Shown here one piece after another: positions 1 to 9,827 of a stretch of DNA of 64,000 bases. Every line of letters starts with the position of its first letter. Position 1 is the first letter of the stretch. The notes beneath the pieces are model-generated. The model was not told the origin of the DNA. It saw only the letters and a list, made by a program, of their open reading frames with translations, and ran no database searches. The position numbers and the translations under genes were made by a program. The stretch comes from Hyalangium minutum (GTDB lineage: Bacteria; Myxococcota; Myxococcia; Myxococcales; Myxococcaceae), in assembly GCF_000737315.1 (NCBI RefSeq), contig NZ_JMCB01000003.1:434001-498000 (forward strand), in the 5' to 3' direction.

Positions 1-2
1 AG

Positions 3-368
3 GAGGTCCTCTCCAACTTGCTGCTGCTCGAGGGCTCGGCCACGGACCCGAAGAAGGTGTTCTTCACCTACAAGCAGATCGTCAGCGAGCGCACCACGAG
101 CACCACCACCCTGCAAGGCGTGGCCCTCATTTCGGAGGGGAAGCTCCAGCGGCTGGTGACCTTTGAAACGTCCCAGCATGAGATCGGTGAGGGCACGAGC
201 GAGGAAGTGGCCGTCAGTGTGCTGGTCCCTACTTACACCGGGGGCAAGGTGTCGAAGCTGGTGACCACCCGCCTCGAGGATGCCGAGCCCGTGTATGACA
301 TCTCGGAGGACACCCCCGGCGTCGAGCTGAAGGTGACGACACTGGTGCCTCCCCTCTCCGGTTCATGA
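3..368 (+). CDS. Partial hypothetical protein (3' end; start lies before the window)
   Basis: Frame open from base 3 to TGA at 366-368; stop overlaps the next start (ATGA), suggesting an operon. Confidence 0.7.
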   Translation, partial: EVLSNLLLLEGSATDPKKVFFTYKQIVSERTTSTTTLQGVALISEGKLQRLVTFETSQHEIGEGTSEEVAVSVLVPTYTGGKVSKLVTTRLEDAEPVYDISEDTPGVELKVTTLVPPLSGS

Positions 369-1405
369 GGATCGCGGTGCTTTGGGCGCTGCTGCTCCCA
401 GCGGCAGCGGGAGCCGAGCCGCCCTGGAACTTCGGCGCGTTCATGGATCCGGTGCGCATGCCCGCCACCTCGGCGGAGACGTGCGAGCCGTGCCACACCG
501 AGCAGTACGCCGCGTGGAGCCAGTCGCGCCACCGGCACAGCATGGGCAACGCCATCTTCCTGGATGGCTTCGCCGCAGAGCCCCATGCCCGCTGCGTCTA
601 CTGCCACGCGCCGCTCGAGTCCCAGGCGAAGGCGGTGCTCCGGTGGCGCCCCAAGGTGGTGCGCGAGCGCAGCCTGGCCTCGGTGCCCGAGGCCTCTCTG
701 GCGCACGAGGGCATCACCTGTGTGACGTGCCACGTCCGTGACGGCGTGGTGATGTCGCCCAACGCTGGAGCCTCTTCGGACGCCCACCCTGTGCGGTTCG
801 AGCCGAAGCTGCGGGAGGCCTCCTTCTGCTCGAACTGCCACGAGTTCATGGGGCACGACCTCGTGAACGGCAAGACCGTGCTCACGGATGAGAAGATGCA
901 GACGACCTGGAGCGAGTGGCTCGCGTGGCGCGCCCAGGGCGGCGAGGGCTCGTGCCAGGACTGTCACATGCCGGGCAAGTCGCACGCGTTCCGGGGGGCG
1001 TATGATCGAGACTACCTGCGTGGCGCGCTGTCTCTAAGCGTGGAGCGGGTGCAGGGAAAGCTCGTCGCGGTGGTCGCGTCTCGCGGGGTCGGACACGCGT
1101 TCCCTACGGGCGACGTGTTCCGCCACCTCATGTTGTGGGCCGATGACACGCTGGTGGCGCGCTTCGGGCAGACCTTCAAGCTCCAGACGACGGCCAGTGG
1201 CGAGCTCGGGCTGCGCCGGACCGGGAACACCAGCCTCCAGCCCTTCGAGCCCGCGCGGGTGGCTCTCCCCGCAGGGACGCGGCGGGTCCGGGTCACGTAC
1301 CACTTCGCCGATGACCGGCACGAGCAGCGTGGAACCGTCCCCTTGGATGACCTCATCGTCGAGCTGGCTGCCCTGGATGTGCCCGCGGCTCCCGAGATGC
1401 AGTGA
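365..1405 (+). CDS. Secreted multiheme c-type cytochrome (5 CxxCH; cytochrome c554-like N-terminal region)
   Basis: Signal peptide MRIAVLWALLLPAAAGA; motifs CEPCH, CVYCH, CVTCH, CSNCH, CQDCH. Confidence 0.88.
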   Translation: MRIAVLWALLLPAAAGAEPPWNFGAFMDPVRMPATSAETCEPCHTEQYAAWSQSRHRHSMGNAIFLDGFAAEPHARCVYCHAPLESQAKAVLRWRPKVVRERSLASVPEASLAHEGITCVTCHVRDGVVMSPNAGASSDAHPVRFEPKLREASFCSNCHEFMGHDLVNGKTVLTDEKMQTTWSEWLAWRAQGGEGSCQDCHMPGKSHAFRGAYDRDYLRGALSLSVERVQGKLVAVVASRGVGHAFPTGDVFRHLMLWADDTLVARFGQTFKLQTTASGELGLRRTGNTSLQPFEPARVALPAGTRRVRVTYHFADDRHEQRGTVPLDDLIVELAALDVPAAPEMQ

Positions 1406-1418
1406 GGCCCTGGCCTCC

Positions 1419-4010
1419 TCAGGGGGCACGTTCCGTGGGACGCAGGCAGTCCAGCTCCAGCTCCCGCAGGAAGGTCAGGAAGGTGTTGTCTCCCACCGCC
1501 GCGCGAGCCTGCTCGACAGAGGCTCGCGCCGCCTCCCAGTCCCTGTCCATCTTGAAGCGCGTGGACTCCAACACGTGCTGGTTCGCCTCGCGCTCTCGGG
1601 CCAGGCGCTGGGCCTCCAGACCCTCGGCCGGCGCCAGCCGCGCGCCCAGGGGCTCTCCCACCGCGAGCAGCTCCTCTGGGTGGAAGGGCCGGTCCGAGTT
1701 GAAGAGGAAGTACTCCACCCGAGGGTGGTCATCCGTCATCGCCGGGTAGCCCTGAGCGTAGCGGCGCAGGGCCTCCGTGCCCGCCACGTAGGTGCCCAGC
1801 AGGCCGTAGGGGCTGGTGAAGCCCACGTCCGCCAGCGAGCGCTCCACGGAAGGCTTGGCCCACTCTTGCTGCCAGCGCGCCCAGTCCACCGTGAGCGGCC
1901 GATCCGAGGCCACGAGGATCGCCTCGTAGTCGGAGGGAATCCACAACGTCACCTCGGAGAAGGCCTCCAGCAGCGAGGTGATCATCCCCCGCGTGAGGTT
2001 GTCCGGCTGCTGCTCCAAGGGGATCCACTGGGAGAGGATTCCGCCGGGCGCCAGCCGCTGCTTCACCAGCCGGTAGAACTCGGTGGTGTAGAGGTTCACC
2101 ACGCCGGCCGAGCGCGGTGGCGGCGGCTCGAAGGAGATGACGTCGAACTGGCGGCCCGCGGCGGCGAGCAGGAAGTGGCGCCCGTCATTGAAGACGACGT
2201 GGGTGCGGGGATCCTGGGCCACGTGGTGGTTGTGCTCGGCGAAGTGGGGCGCGGCCAGGAGCACATCCGGGTTGGTGTCCACGATGGTGAGCGAGCGCAG
2301 CTCGGGATAGCTGGCGAACGAGCCCGCGGTGCTGCCGGTGCCGAAGCACACCTGGAGCACCTCTCGGGGGCCGGAGTGCAGCAGCATGGGCAGGTGGGCC
2401 AGCGTGGCCATGTAGCGCTTCCGGGGCAGCACCGTGTTGGCGTAGCTCACCGAGCCGAAGAGGAGCTGCTGGTGGCGGAAGGATCGCTCGCGGCAGCCCG
2501 GCCCGCAGGCGTAGCGCCCCGAGTCACAAACGGTCTGGTTGTCGTACTCGAGCACCGCGAGCGAGCCGTCGATGCCCTCCTTGACGAAGAGGACGCGAGA
2601 GTCCACGTGCTCGGCGAAGCCGCGCACCAGGAGATCGCGAGGCACCAGGAGCACGCCCACCGCAAGCAACACCGCACCGGCCCACATGCTCCGCCGGGCC
2701 CGGGGCTGGGCGCTGGCATCCAGCGCCTGGACGCCCAGGGCCAGGGCCATGTTGAGCGCGCAGACGAGGACGAAGCTCCACTGAGTTCCGATGGTGGGGA
2801 CGAGCACGAAGCCCATCAGCAGCGAGCCCACGATGCCGCCCAGGGTGTTGACCGAGTACAGCAGGCCCACGTTGCTGGCAGCGGAGGCCACGTGCCTCGT
2901 GGTGAGTTGCACCACGAGCGGGAAGATGATGCCGATCAGCGAGGCGGGAATGAGGATGACGAGGGCCGCGTGGAGCAACATGCCCACGTAGGGTGCCTGG
3001 GGCCCCCAGCCGCTGAGCTGCGTGGTGAGGAGCCTCTCCACGGGCCGGGACAGGCCCAGCAGCGCCATGGAGATCAGCCCGGTGAAGGCCAGCAGGGACT
3101 CCACGGCAACGAACAGCTCCAATTCCCTCCCCCGCCCCGCCAGCCGCAGCGAGTACAGGAGCCCGCCGAGCACCAGTCCCAGCAGGAACGTGACGAGCAG
3201 GATGGTGAAGGCATAGGTCGAGGAGTCCAGCACCGTGGAGAGGACCCTGAACCAGAGCACCTCATAGGAGATGGAGCCGAACCCGCAGAGCGCGAACGCG
3301 GCCACGAGCAACTGGCTCTTCGTCCGGTTGAAGGTGGACGGAGACTCCGCAGCCGCGGCGGTGATGGTGGCGGCGGGCAGGGTCTGGGCGGGGAGCCGGG
3401 AGTGAAGCACCGCCACGACGACACCGATGAGCCCATTGAGCACCGCGGCAATGACGGCGGTGCGCCACAGCCCCACGGCTCCGATCAAATAGAAGCCCGC
3501 CACGCCACAGCCGAGCACCGCGCCCAGCGTGTTGAGCGCATAGAGGACGCCGAAGGAGCGGCCCAGGCCCTCCAGCTCGCGGGCGATGAAGCGCGTGAGG
3601 ACGGGCAGCGTGCCGCCCATGGCGAAGGTGGGCGGCAGCACGGCCAGGAACGAGAGCACCCCGCGCACCGGCAGCGGCCCTCCGCCCGCGAGCCCCACGG
3701 CATCCAGCAGCTCTGGCAGCCGCGAGAGCACCCAGGTGACGCCCAACGCGAGCACGGCGGTGGCGCCCTCCAGCAGGCCATAGACGAGCAGTGGCCGCTG
3801 GAGCCGATCCGCGAGCCGGCCGATCCACAGGCTGCCCAGGACGAGCCCCGCGAGGAACGAGGACACCACGAGGCTCACGGCGAACGTGGTGTGTCCCACG
3901 ACGAGGGTCAGGTAGCGGACCCAGATGACCTCGAAGACGAGGCCGCTCATTCCCGAGGCCACGAACAGCAGGCCCACCACGGCGAACAGTTTGGAGGAGA
4001 CGCGGCTCAC
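1419..4010 (-). CDS. Fused membrane (MFS-like) / spermidine synthase-like SAM-fold protein
   Basis: About 13 hydrophobic helices in two repeated halves (FEVIWVRYL...GHTTFAV / YEVLWFRVL...DSSTYAF), then QVCFGTGST, DGRHFL, FDVISFEPPPP, LYTTEFY motifs. Confidence 0.9.
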   Translation of the reverse strand: MSRVSSKLFAVVGLLFVASGMSGLVFEVIWVRYLTLVVGHTTFAVSLVVSSFLAGLVLGSLWIGRLADRLQRPLLVYGLLEGATAVLALGVTWVLSRLPELLDAVGLAGGGPLPVRGVLSFLAVLPPTFAMGGTLPVLTRFIARELEGLGRSFGVLYALNTLGAVLGCGVAGFYLIGAVGLWRTAVIAAVLNGLIGVVVAVLHSRLPAQTLPAATITAAAAESPSTFNRTKSQLLVAAFALCGFGSISYEVLWFRVLSTVLDSSTYAFTILLVTFLLGLVLGGLLYSLRLAGRGRELELFVAVESLLAFTGLISMALLGLSRPVERLLTTQLSGWGPQAPYVGMLLHAALVILIPASLIGIIFPLVVQLTTRHVASAASNVGLLYSVNTLGGIVGSLLMGFVLVPTIGTQWSFVLVCALNMALALGVQALDASAQPRARRSMWAGAVLLAVGVLLVPRDLLVRGFAEHVDSRVLFVKEGIDGSLAVLEYDNQTVCDSGRYACGPGCRERSFRHQQLLFGSVSYANTVLPRKRYMATLAHLPMLLHSGPREVLQVCFGTGSTAGSFASYPELRSLTIVDTNPDVLLAAPHFAEHNHHVAQDPRTHVVFNDGRHFLLAAAGRQFDVISFEPPPPRSAGVVNLYTTEFYRLVKQRLAPGGILSQWIPLEQQPDNLTRGMITSLLEAFSEVTLWIPSDYEAILVASDRPLTVDWARWQQEWAKPSVERSLADVGFTSPYGLLGTYVAGTEALRRYAQGYPAMTDDHPRVEYFLFNSDRPFHPEELLAVGEPLGARLAPAEGLEAQRLAREREANQHVLESTRFKMDRDWEAARASVEQARAAVGDNTFLTFLRELELDCLRPTERAP

Positions 4011-4017
4011 GTGGCCC

Positions 4018-4839
4018 CTACCCTACCTCGGCTGGACCGATCCGTCCCCAGTCGACATCCGTATGGCGGGAGCTGGGCTCTGGCTTGAGCCCCAGCTTCT
4101 TCAAGTCATCCGAGTACCGGGCCCCCTTGACGACCACCCAGCGCCGGGTGACGCGCCGGGCCTCCTGGAGTGCCTCGGGGGTCAGCGGAGCATGGTCGGC
4201 GAAGCGGCGAAGCACGTCGAAGCCCGGCTGCGCCTTGCGAGGCTTGGCGAACATCGGATCGAAGACCACGACATCAAAGGAGCGGGCGGGGAGCGTGCGC
4301 AGGTACGCGTGCGCGTCCGCGTGCACCACGTCGATGTGGCACGAGTCCGGCCCCAGCTCGTAGCGCTTCAGTCCCTCCGCCGCGAGGGCCGCCAGCGGAA
4401 GGCTCTTCTCCACTCCCACCACCCGCCCCTGAGGACCGACGGCCAGCGAGGCCACGAGCGCGTCCTGCGCCAGCCCCAGCGTGCAGTCGAGCACCGCGTC
4501 ACCTTTGCGCAGCTCCGTCACGCGGACGAAGGTGTCCGGCTCGCCCGTGGCCAGCCGGAGCCTGCGAAGGTGGGCCATGCCTCCGTGGAAGCCGTGGTGG
4601 CCCTCGCGATCCCACAGCGTCACGCCGTCATGGCCGAAGATGAGCAGGGCGTCCGCGCGCTCCTCGAGCCACTCGGAGATGCCCTCCTTGGGGTGGCGCA
4701 TGAAGAGCGGCACGCCCCACTGCCGCGAGGCGGCCTCGGCCTGGGCCCGCAGCTGGGGCTTGGGCCGGGCGCTGGTGGTGACGGCGAGTGGGACACGCAA
4801 GGGAACGGCAGGGTCCGTTGAAGTCACCACCCCAGGCAA
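4018..4839 (-). CDS. Class I SAM-dependent methyltransferase (RsmJ-like)
   Basis: VLDCTLGLAQDA SAM-binding motif, VVGVEKS, FDVVVFDPMF; start codon uncertain. Confidence 0.8.
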   Translation of the reverse strand: MPGVVTSTDPAVPLRVPLAVTTSARPKPQLRAQAEAASRQWGVPLFMRHPKEGISEWLEERADALLIFGHDGVTLWDREGHHGFHGGMAHLRRLRLATGEPDTFVRVTELRKGDAVLDCTLGLAQDALVASLAVGPQGRVVGVEKSLPLAALAAEGLKRYELGPDSCHIDVVHADAHAYLRTLPARSFDVVVFDPMFAKPRKAQPGFDVLRRFADHAPLTPEALQEARRVTRRWVVVKGARYSDDLKKLGLKPEPSSRHTDVDWGRIGPAEVG

Positions 4840-5179
4840 TCAGGAAATGGCCCCGTGGGATCCGCAGGAGCCTCACGCGGCAGGCGGGGCTGTTTGTGCT
4901 CTGGTGGACGCTGCCGTCCAGGGGGGCTTCCGGAAAAACAGGAGAGGAATGAATGTCAGAGTGTTCCGGTATTTAGAGTCTGAACACCGGAGAGGAGGTC
5001 CCCCGTGAAGCCCCAGTCCACCCCCGCAGCGCGTCGCAGCCCGGGCTCGCACCGCTCGATCTTCCAGATGCTCCTGGTGGCTGTGGCTTTTCTGTCCTGC
5101 CTCGTTCCCAGCGAGCGCACGAACTGAGGGATCCGCCGCGGTGCGTCGAGCGCAGGCGCTCGGCTATGTTCCCGGCACG

Positions 5180-6052
5180 ATGAAGACCACCTATCTGGGG
5201 ACGGCCACCCTCTTGCTGGAACTGGCGGGCTTGAGGCTCCTCACGGATCCCGCGTTTGATCCAGCGGGGACCGCGTACAACTTCGGTCCCTGGTACGCGC
5301 CGCGCTCCTGGTTCTCGTCGGAGAAGGGATACCGGACGCCGATCGGGCGTGGCGAGCTGGGGAAGGTCGATGCGGTTCTCCTGAGCCACGACCACCACGC
5401 GGACAACTTGGATCACGAGGGCCGCCAGCTGCTCACCGAGAGCTCCGTCTCTCGGATCATCACGACGCGAGCGGGGGCGGCCCGGCTCTCGAAGGAGGCG
5501 CCATCGGGCCGTCGCAGTGCCCCCGGTGAAGGCTTGGGCGTCGGTGGGAAGACGCAGGGCCTGGCATGGGGAGAGTCCACGCGGCTTGCGAATGGCGCCG
5601 ATGGGCTCAAGCTCACGGCCACACCCGCGAGGCACGGCCCGTGGGGGACGCCGCAAGTCCATGAGGTGATCGGGCTGCTCCTCGAGCCCGAGGCTGCTTC
5701 CGAGCCGACCGTGTGGATCTCCGGCGACACGGTGATGTTCCCGGAACTTCGGCGGTTCCTGACCCAGCAGCGGCAAAGCAGCCGGCGGGTCGACGTGGCC
5801 ATCATCCACTGTGGCGGTGTGAGCTTCCCGAAGGTTCCCGTCCTTGGGCGCTCGCGGTTCACCTTTGATGCGCAGCAGGTGATCGAGGTCTGCCGCCTGC
5901 TCGATCCGCGCGTGGTGATCCCCGTGCACCGCAGTGGGTGGACCCACTTCCGGGAGTCCGAGGATCAGCTGCGCGACACGCTGACGGGGGCCGGGTTCGC
6001 CGATCGCTGCCGGTTCCTCGGCTTGGGCGAGAGCACCGCCCTCACCTCCTGA
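5180..6052 (+). CDS. MBL-fold metallo-hydrolase
   Basis: LLTDPAF, SHDHHADNLD (HxHxDH-like), TPARHG, ISGDT, IPVHRSGWTHF; ATG at 5180 preferred over the ORF-track start. Confidence 0.88.
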   Translation: MKTTYLGTATLLLELAGLRLLTDPAFDPAGTAYNFGPWYAPRSWFSSEKGYRTPIGRGELGKVDAVLLSHDHHADNLDHEGRQLLTESSVSRIITTRAGAARLSKEAPSGRRSAPGEGLGVGGKTQGLAWGESTRLANGADGLKLTATPARHGPWGTPQVHEVIGLLLEPEAASEPTVWISGDTVMFPELRRFLTQQRQSSRRVDVAIIHCGGVSFPKVPVLGRSRFTFDAQQVIEVCRLLDPRVVIPVHRSGWTHFRESEDQLRDTLTGAGFADRCRFLGLGESTALTS

Positions 6053-6074
6053 GCAGCGCCGGGCGGCCTCTTCC

Positions 6075-8243
6075 CTACCCCGCCTCGGCGATCTGGAGCT
6101 TCTTCCCGTTGCTCTGCATCTGCGCCACCGTGACCGACTGGTTACGGCCGTGGCGCTTGGCGTAGTAGAGGCACTGGTCGGCCAGATCGATGAGGTGCTG
6201 CTTCTCGTAGCCGTAGTCCGGCCCGGAGGCGATGCCCAGCGACAGTGTCACCTTCAGCGGTCCCATCTCCGTCTGGAAGACCTCGGCCTTGATGGCCTCG
6301 CGGATGCGCTCGGCGATGACCTGAGCGCCCTTGGCGTCCGTCTCCGGCATGATGATGGCGAACTCCTCGCCGCCGTAGCGGGCGACGATGTCCGTGTCGC
6401 GCGCCTTGTCGCGGAGGATCTTCGCCACGCCGCGCAGCACCGCGTCGCCCGTGGGGTGGCCGTAGGTATCGTTGACGCTCTTGAAGTGGTCGATGTCCGT
6501 GAGGATGAGCGACACCTTGCGCTGGTAGCGCTTGGACTGCGCCAGGTACTCGTCCGCCTTGCTCTGGAACGTCCGGTGGTTGAGCAGCCCAGTGAGGCCG
6601 TCCGTGGTGGCCATGCGCTCCATCTGCTCGAAGAGCTGGGCGCGCAGCACCGCCTGGGCGGCCTGGATCGCCACCACCTCGAGCATCCGCAGCACGTCCT
6701 GATCCAGCGCCTTCTTGCGCGAGCCCGCCACCAGCGTGCCGAGGATCCGATCGCCCGCCGTGAGCGGGAAGATCTTCAGCGCGCCGAGGCCGCGGATCTG
6801 CGTCTCCTCGTCGAAGATGACCTGTCGATCCATGGCCTTGATGTCGCGGCCCGGCAGCGGCGCGCCGTAGCGCACCACATTGGCCACCAGCCCGTTGTTG
6901 TCCGCGAACGCGCGGCCCTCGAGCGCCTTGCCCGTGGCGGTGACACCCGTCATGCGCGCCACCTTGTGCACCCGCTTGCCCTCGACTTCGCTCACCAGCG
7001 TCACCGCGCAGAAGTCCAGGCTGCCCAGCTGCCGCGCGCTCTCGAGCACCGCGATGAACACCTGCTCCGGGCTGCCCGCGCGGTTCAGCTCCTCGATGGC
7101 GCGGAAGAACCGGTCCTTCTCATCGCGGCTCTTGCGGATGTACGTCATTACCCGCTCGACCTCGATGGAGCGCAGCACCTCGCCTGCGATGGTGGTCAGC
7201 AGCCGCTCGTCCTGATCGGAGAACGGCTCGTGCGTGACGCGATCGGCCACCAGCACGCCGCGCACCAGGCCGCTGGCCTCCAGGATGGGCACCGCGAGCA
7301 CCGCGTTCACCTGGGGGCCGCTGCCATCGTAGTAGGTGATGCCCTTGAGCCCGTGCGGCGAGTTCATCCGCACCGGGGCCTGGCGCTTGAGCACCCCGCC
7401 GATGATGCCCTCGCCGGCGTTGAAGCGCTCGCGCTGGATGCGCTCGGAGGTGGAGCGGCAGTCGTAGAGCTTGAGGCTGCGGTCATCCGAGGCCAGCAGG
7501 AAGGCCGCGCAGGTGTGGGTGCGCAGGGCCGTCTCGGCCACTTCCAGCGCCGCGCCCACCGCGCCCTCGATCTCCTTCACCGAGGCGACCAGCCACTTCT
7601 CGTCCTGGTTCATCCCCGAGAAGCTGTCCTGGGTGCCCGAGCTGACGAGGCGGAAGGTGCGCGCGCGCTCCTCCACCTCCTTGATGCGCTTCTGGACAGC
7701 GTCGTTCTCGGCGCGGCGGGCGGCCATGATCCGCGCGGCGAGCACCGAGTGGTACAGGCCCGCGAAGAGCGTCAGGAAGAGCGCGTGCATGGCGAACCCG
7801 GCCCAGTCGCCGCCCTTTCGTGCGCCCAGGGTGACGAGCCCGTCGAACACGAGCGCCGCGCCCAGCAGCGTCAGGCCGGCGTTGCGCGGCAGGAAGGCCA
7901 CCAGGAAGGCCATGAGCAGGTAGACCAGCGGGAAGAGCACCCCGCCGCCGATGGAGACCACGACGAAGGCGGCGGCGATGAGGCCTCCGCCCAGTTCCAG
8001 GTCATCGCGCAGCTCCACGGGAGCACCGAGGGCGCTGCGCCGGAACCGCCGCAAGCCGGACGCGCCCAGTCCCACGAGGAGGAAGAGGACGAGCAAGGCC
8101 TCGGTCCACCCCAGGCGGCTCAGGCCGCGGAAGCCATCGCGCGCCAGATGCACGAAGGTCAGGAGAATCGACGCCGCGGGCAGCGAGCGCACCGCGTGGC
8201 GGACGACCTTGGGCATCAACGGGATGGACGAGAGGGCGTTCAT
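6075..8243 (-). CDS. dmxA: Membrane diguanylate cyclase, TM-GAF-GAF-GGDEF (DmxA-like)
   Basis: N-terminal TM helices, two GAF-like regions, DGLTGLLN, DIDHFKSVNDTYGH, RDTD I-site, RYGGEEF; directly downstream of ftsB as in myxobacterial dmxA loci. Confidence 0.85.
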   Translation of the reverse strand: MNALSSIPLMPKVVRHAVRSLPAASILLTFVHLARDGFRGLSRLGWTEALLVLFLLVGLGASGLRRFRRSALGAPVELRDDLELGGGLIAAAFVVVSIGGGVLFPLVYLLMAFLVAFLPRNAGLTLLGAALVFDGLVTLGARKGGDWAGFAMHALFLTLFAGLYHSVLAARIMAARRAENDAVQKRIKEVEERARTFRLVSSGTQDSFSGMNQDEKWLVASVKEIEGAVGAALEVAETALRTHTCAAFLLASDDRSLKLYDCRSTSERIQRERFNAGEGIIGGVLKRQAPVRMNSPHGLKGITYYDGSGPQVNAVLAVPILEASGLVRGVLVADRVTHEPFSDQDERLLTTIAGEVLRSIEVERVMTYIRKSRDEKDRFFRAIEELNRAGSPEQVFIAVLESARQLGSLDFCAVTLVSEVEGKRVHKVARMTGVTATGKALEGRAFADNNGLVANVVRYGAPLPGRDIKAMDRQVIFDEETQIRGLGALKIFPLTAGDRILGTLVAGSRKKALDQDVLRMLEVVAIQAAQAVLRAQLFEQMERMATTDGLTGLLNHRTFQSKADEYLAQSKRYQRKVSLILTDIDHFKSVNDTYGHPTGDAVLRGVAKILRDKARDTDIVARYGGEEFAIIMPETDAKGAQVIAERIREAIKAEVFQTEMGPLKVTLSLGIASGPDYGYEKQHLIDLADQCLYYAKRHGRNQSVTVAQMQSNGKKLQIAEAG

Positions 8244-8524
8244 GGCTCCTCCTCCAGGTGGAAGACGATCTCACCCGGCTTGACGAAGCCGAGCTCTTCA
8301 CGGACGGCGCGCTCGAGGGCGGCGGGGTCCTTGCGCAGCGCGCTAATCTCGCGCCGGAGGGCCTCGTTCTGGTCGGAGAGCGCGCGGTTGCGCTCCTGAA
8401 GCGACTCCACGTCCTGCCGCAGCGACAGGTAGCGCCGGAAGCCCCGGGCATCGGCCACGGAGGCCAGGGACAGCACCCCCGCGAGCACCGCCGCCACCGC
8501 CAGGAACTTTCGCCGCGCTGTCAT
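8240..8524 (-). CDS. ftsB: Septum formation initiator FtsB/DivIC family
   Basis: Short TM segment plus leucine-zipper coiled coil, then ALERAVREELGFVKPGEIVF; start at ATG 8524; stop overlaps dmxA start. Confidence 0.88.
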   Translation of the reverse strand: MTARRKFLAVAAVLAGVLSLASVADARGFRRYLSLRQDVESLQERNRALSDQNEALRREISALRKDPAALERAVREELGFVKPGEIVFHLEEEP

Positions 8525-8649
8525 GAGCCCATGGAAGGTACCAGCGGTTCGAGTGCGGGCAAGAAAACTGCTCCAGACCTGTAGCACCCCCTCTTTCGGA
8601 GAACCCACGCTGCCTGGAAGAATGCCGGGACACTGAAGGAAGGCTCGAA

Positions 8650-9048
8650 ATGAGTGGCTCCAGTGGAGAGGTCGTCAGCCAGGTGCTGATGGCGGTGGCG
8701 AAGGTGAAGATCGGGCGGATCGTGCTGTGGATCCTGGCCACGTTGCTGGGGCTCATGGCGCTCGCGACCTGGGGGACCAAGGTGGCGGCGCCCCCGCTGT
8801 TCTTGTCTGTGATCCTCGCGGTGTTCGCGCTGATCGGAGCGTGGAAGGAGCGCAGGGAGAAGCGCTCCAGCGGCATCCTGGGGCTGCTGCCTCGGGTGGC
8901 ATTGGCGGCGGCCGGGTTGGGCATTGTCGCGCTGCTGTTCTGGCTGAGGAGCCGGAAGCGCCCAGCGGAGGCCTTGCCTCCCCCACCCTCTCCTGCGGAA
9001 ATCGACCAGCTGGCCAGCGTCGAGCGCGAAGGCGAGCGTGCGGCATGA
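8650..9048 (+). CDS. Hypothetical membrane protein (about 3 TM)
   Basis: RBS-like GAAGG upstream, hydrophobic helices, ATGA overlap with next gene. Confidence 0.7.
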   Translation: MSGSSGEVVSQVLMAVAKVKIGRIVLWILATLLGLMALATWGTKVAAPPLFLSVILAVFALIGAWKERREKRSSGILGLLPRVALAAAGLGIVALLFWLRSRKRPAEALPPPPSPAEIDQLASVEREGERAA

Positions 9049-9824
9049 GCACGGAGCTCGCGAAGACCGAGGAGCCCCTCTCCCCGTCGCTGTCCAAGCG
9101 GGAGCAGCTGGTGAAGGTGGCCCGGGCTGGGCTGAAGACCCTCGTGGGGGTGGTGCCCTCGCTGGTGGGGGCAGGCCTGTGGGGCGCGGTGAAGGGGGCG
9201 GTGATCTTTGGAACGGTGGGAGTGACGGTGGCGGTAGGCTACCTGCTGCTGCCGCGCTGGCTGCAGGGTGTGGAGATCCCCCTGTGGCTGAGCATCCTGA
9301 GCGGAGTGCTGCCGCCCGTGGCGCTGGGATTGGCGGGGGGCTACGCGCTCATGCTGCAGTCCGTGACTTCGAAGCTGGCGCAGCAGACACAGGAGCGCGG
9401 GCTGGTGGGCTACCTATACGCCATCATCAAGCCGGTGGCGGTGCAGGCGGCACGGCGGCTGCGGGGCACAGGGGCAGTGTCGAGGGCCGACCTTACCCGT
9501 GTCATTGATGACTCTCTGGCCGAGCGCCTCCGGGAGGCGGCCTCGGCCAGCGATCAGGAACCGGCCTCGCGCGCGGAGCGGCTTGAGCGCTTCCTGATGG
9601 AGCACTCCCGGCGCGTCCTGGGGCTGGTCGCCCTGCGCACGGCGCTGACGGCGCCGGATGTGCCCACGGCGGTGAAGAACCTGGAGACGCTGGGGATCGA
9701 TCGGCTGGCGGAGGCCCTGGCGGAGACGCTGGAGGACCTCTTCTTCTTCCAGATGATCGTGTCACTCGGCGCGGGCGTGCTGGCGTCGGCCATTCCCCCG
9801 CTGCTCATCTTGTTCCTGTACTGA
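9045..9824 (+). CDS. Hypothetical membrane protein
   Basis: Starts MSTELAKTEE at ATG 9045; several N-terminal TM helices and one C-terminal TM helix. Confidence 0.72.
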   Translation: MSTELAKTEEPLSPSLSKREQLVKVARAGLKTLVGVVPSLVGAGLWGAVKGAVIFGTVGVTVAVGYLLLPRWLQGVEIPLWLSILSGVLPPVALGLAGGYALMLQSVTSKLAQQTQERGLVGYLYAIIKPVAVQAARRLRGTGAVSRADLTRVIDDSLAERLREAASASDQEPASRAERLERFLMEHSRRVLGLVALRTALTAPDVPTAVKNLETLGIDRLAEALAETLEDLFFFQMIVSLGAGVLASAIPPLLILFLY

Positions 9825-9827
9825 GCC

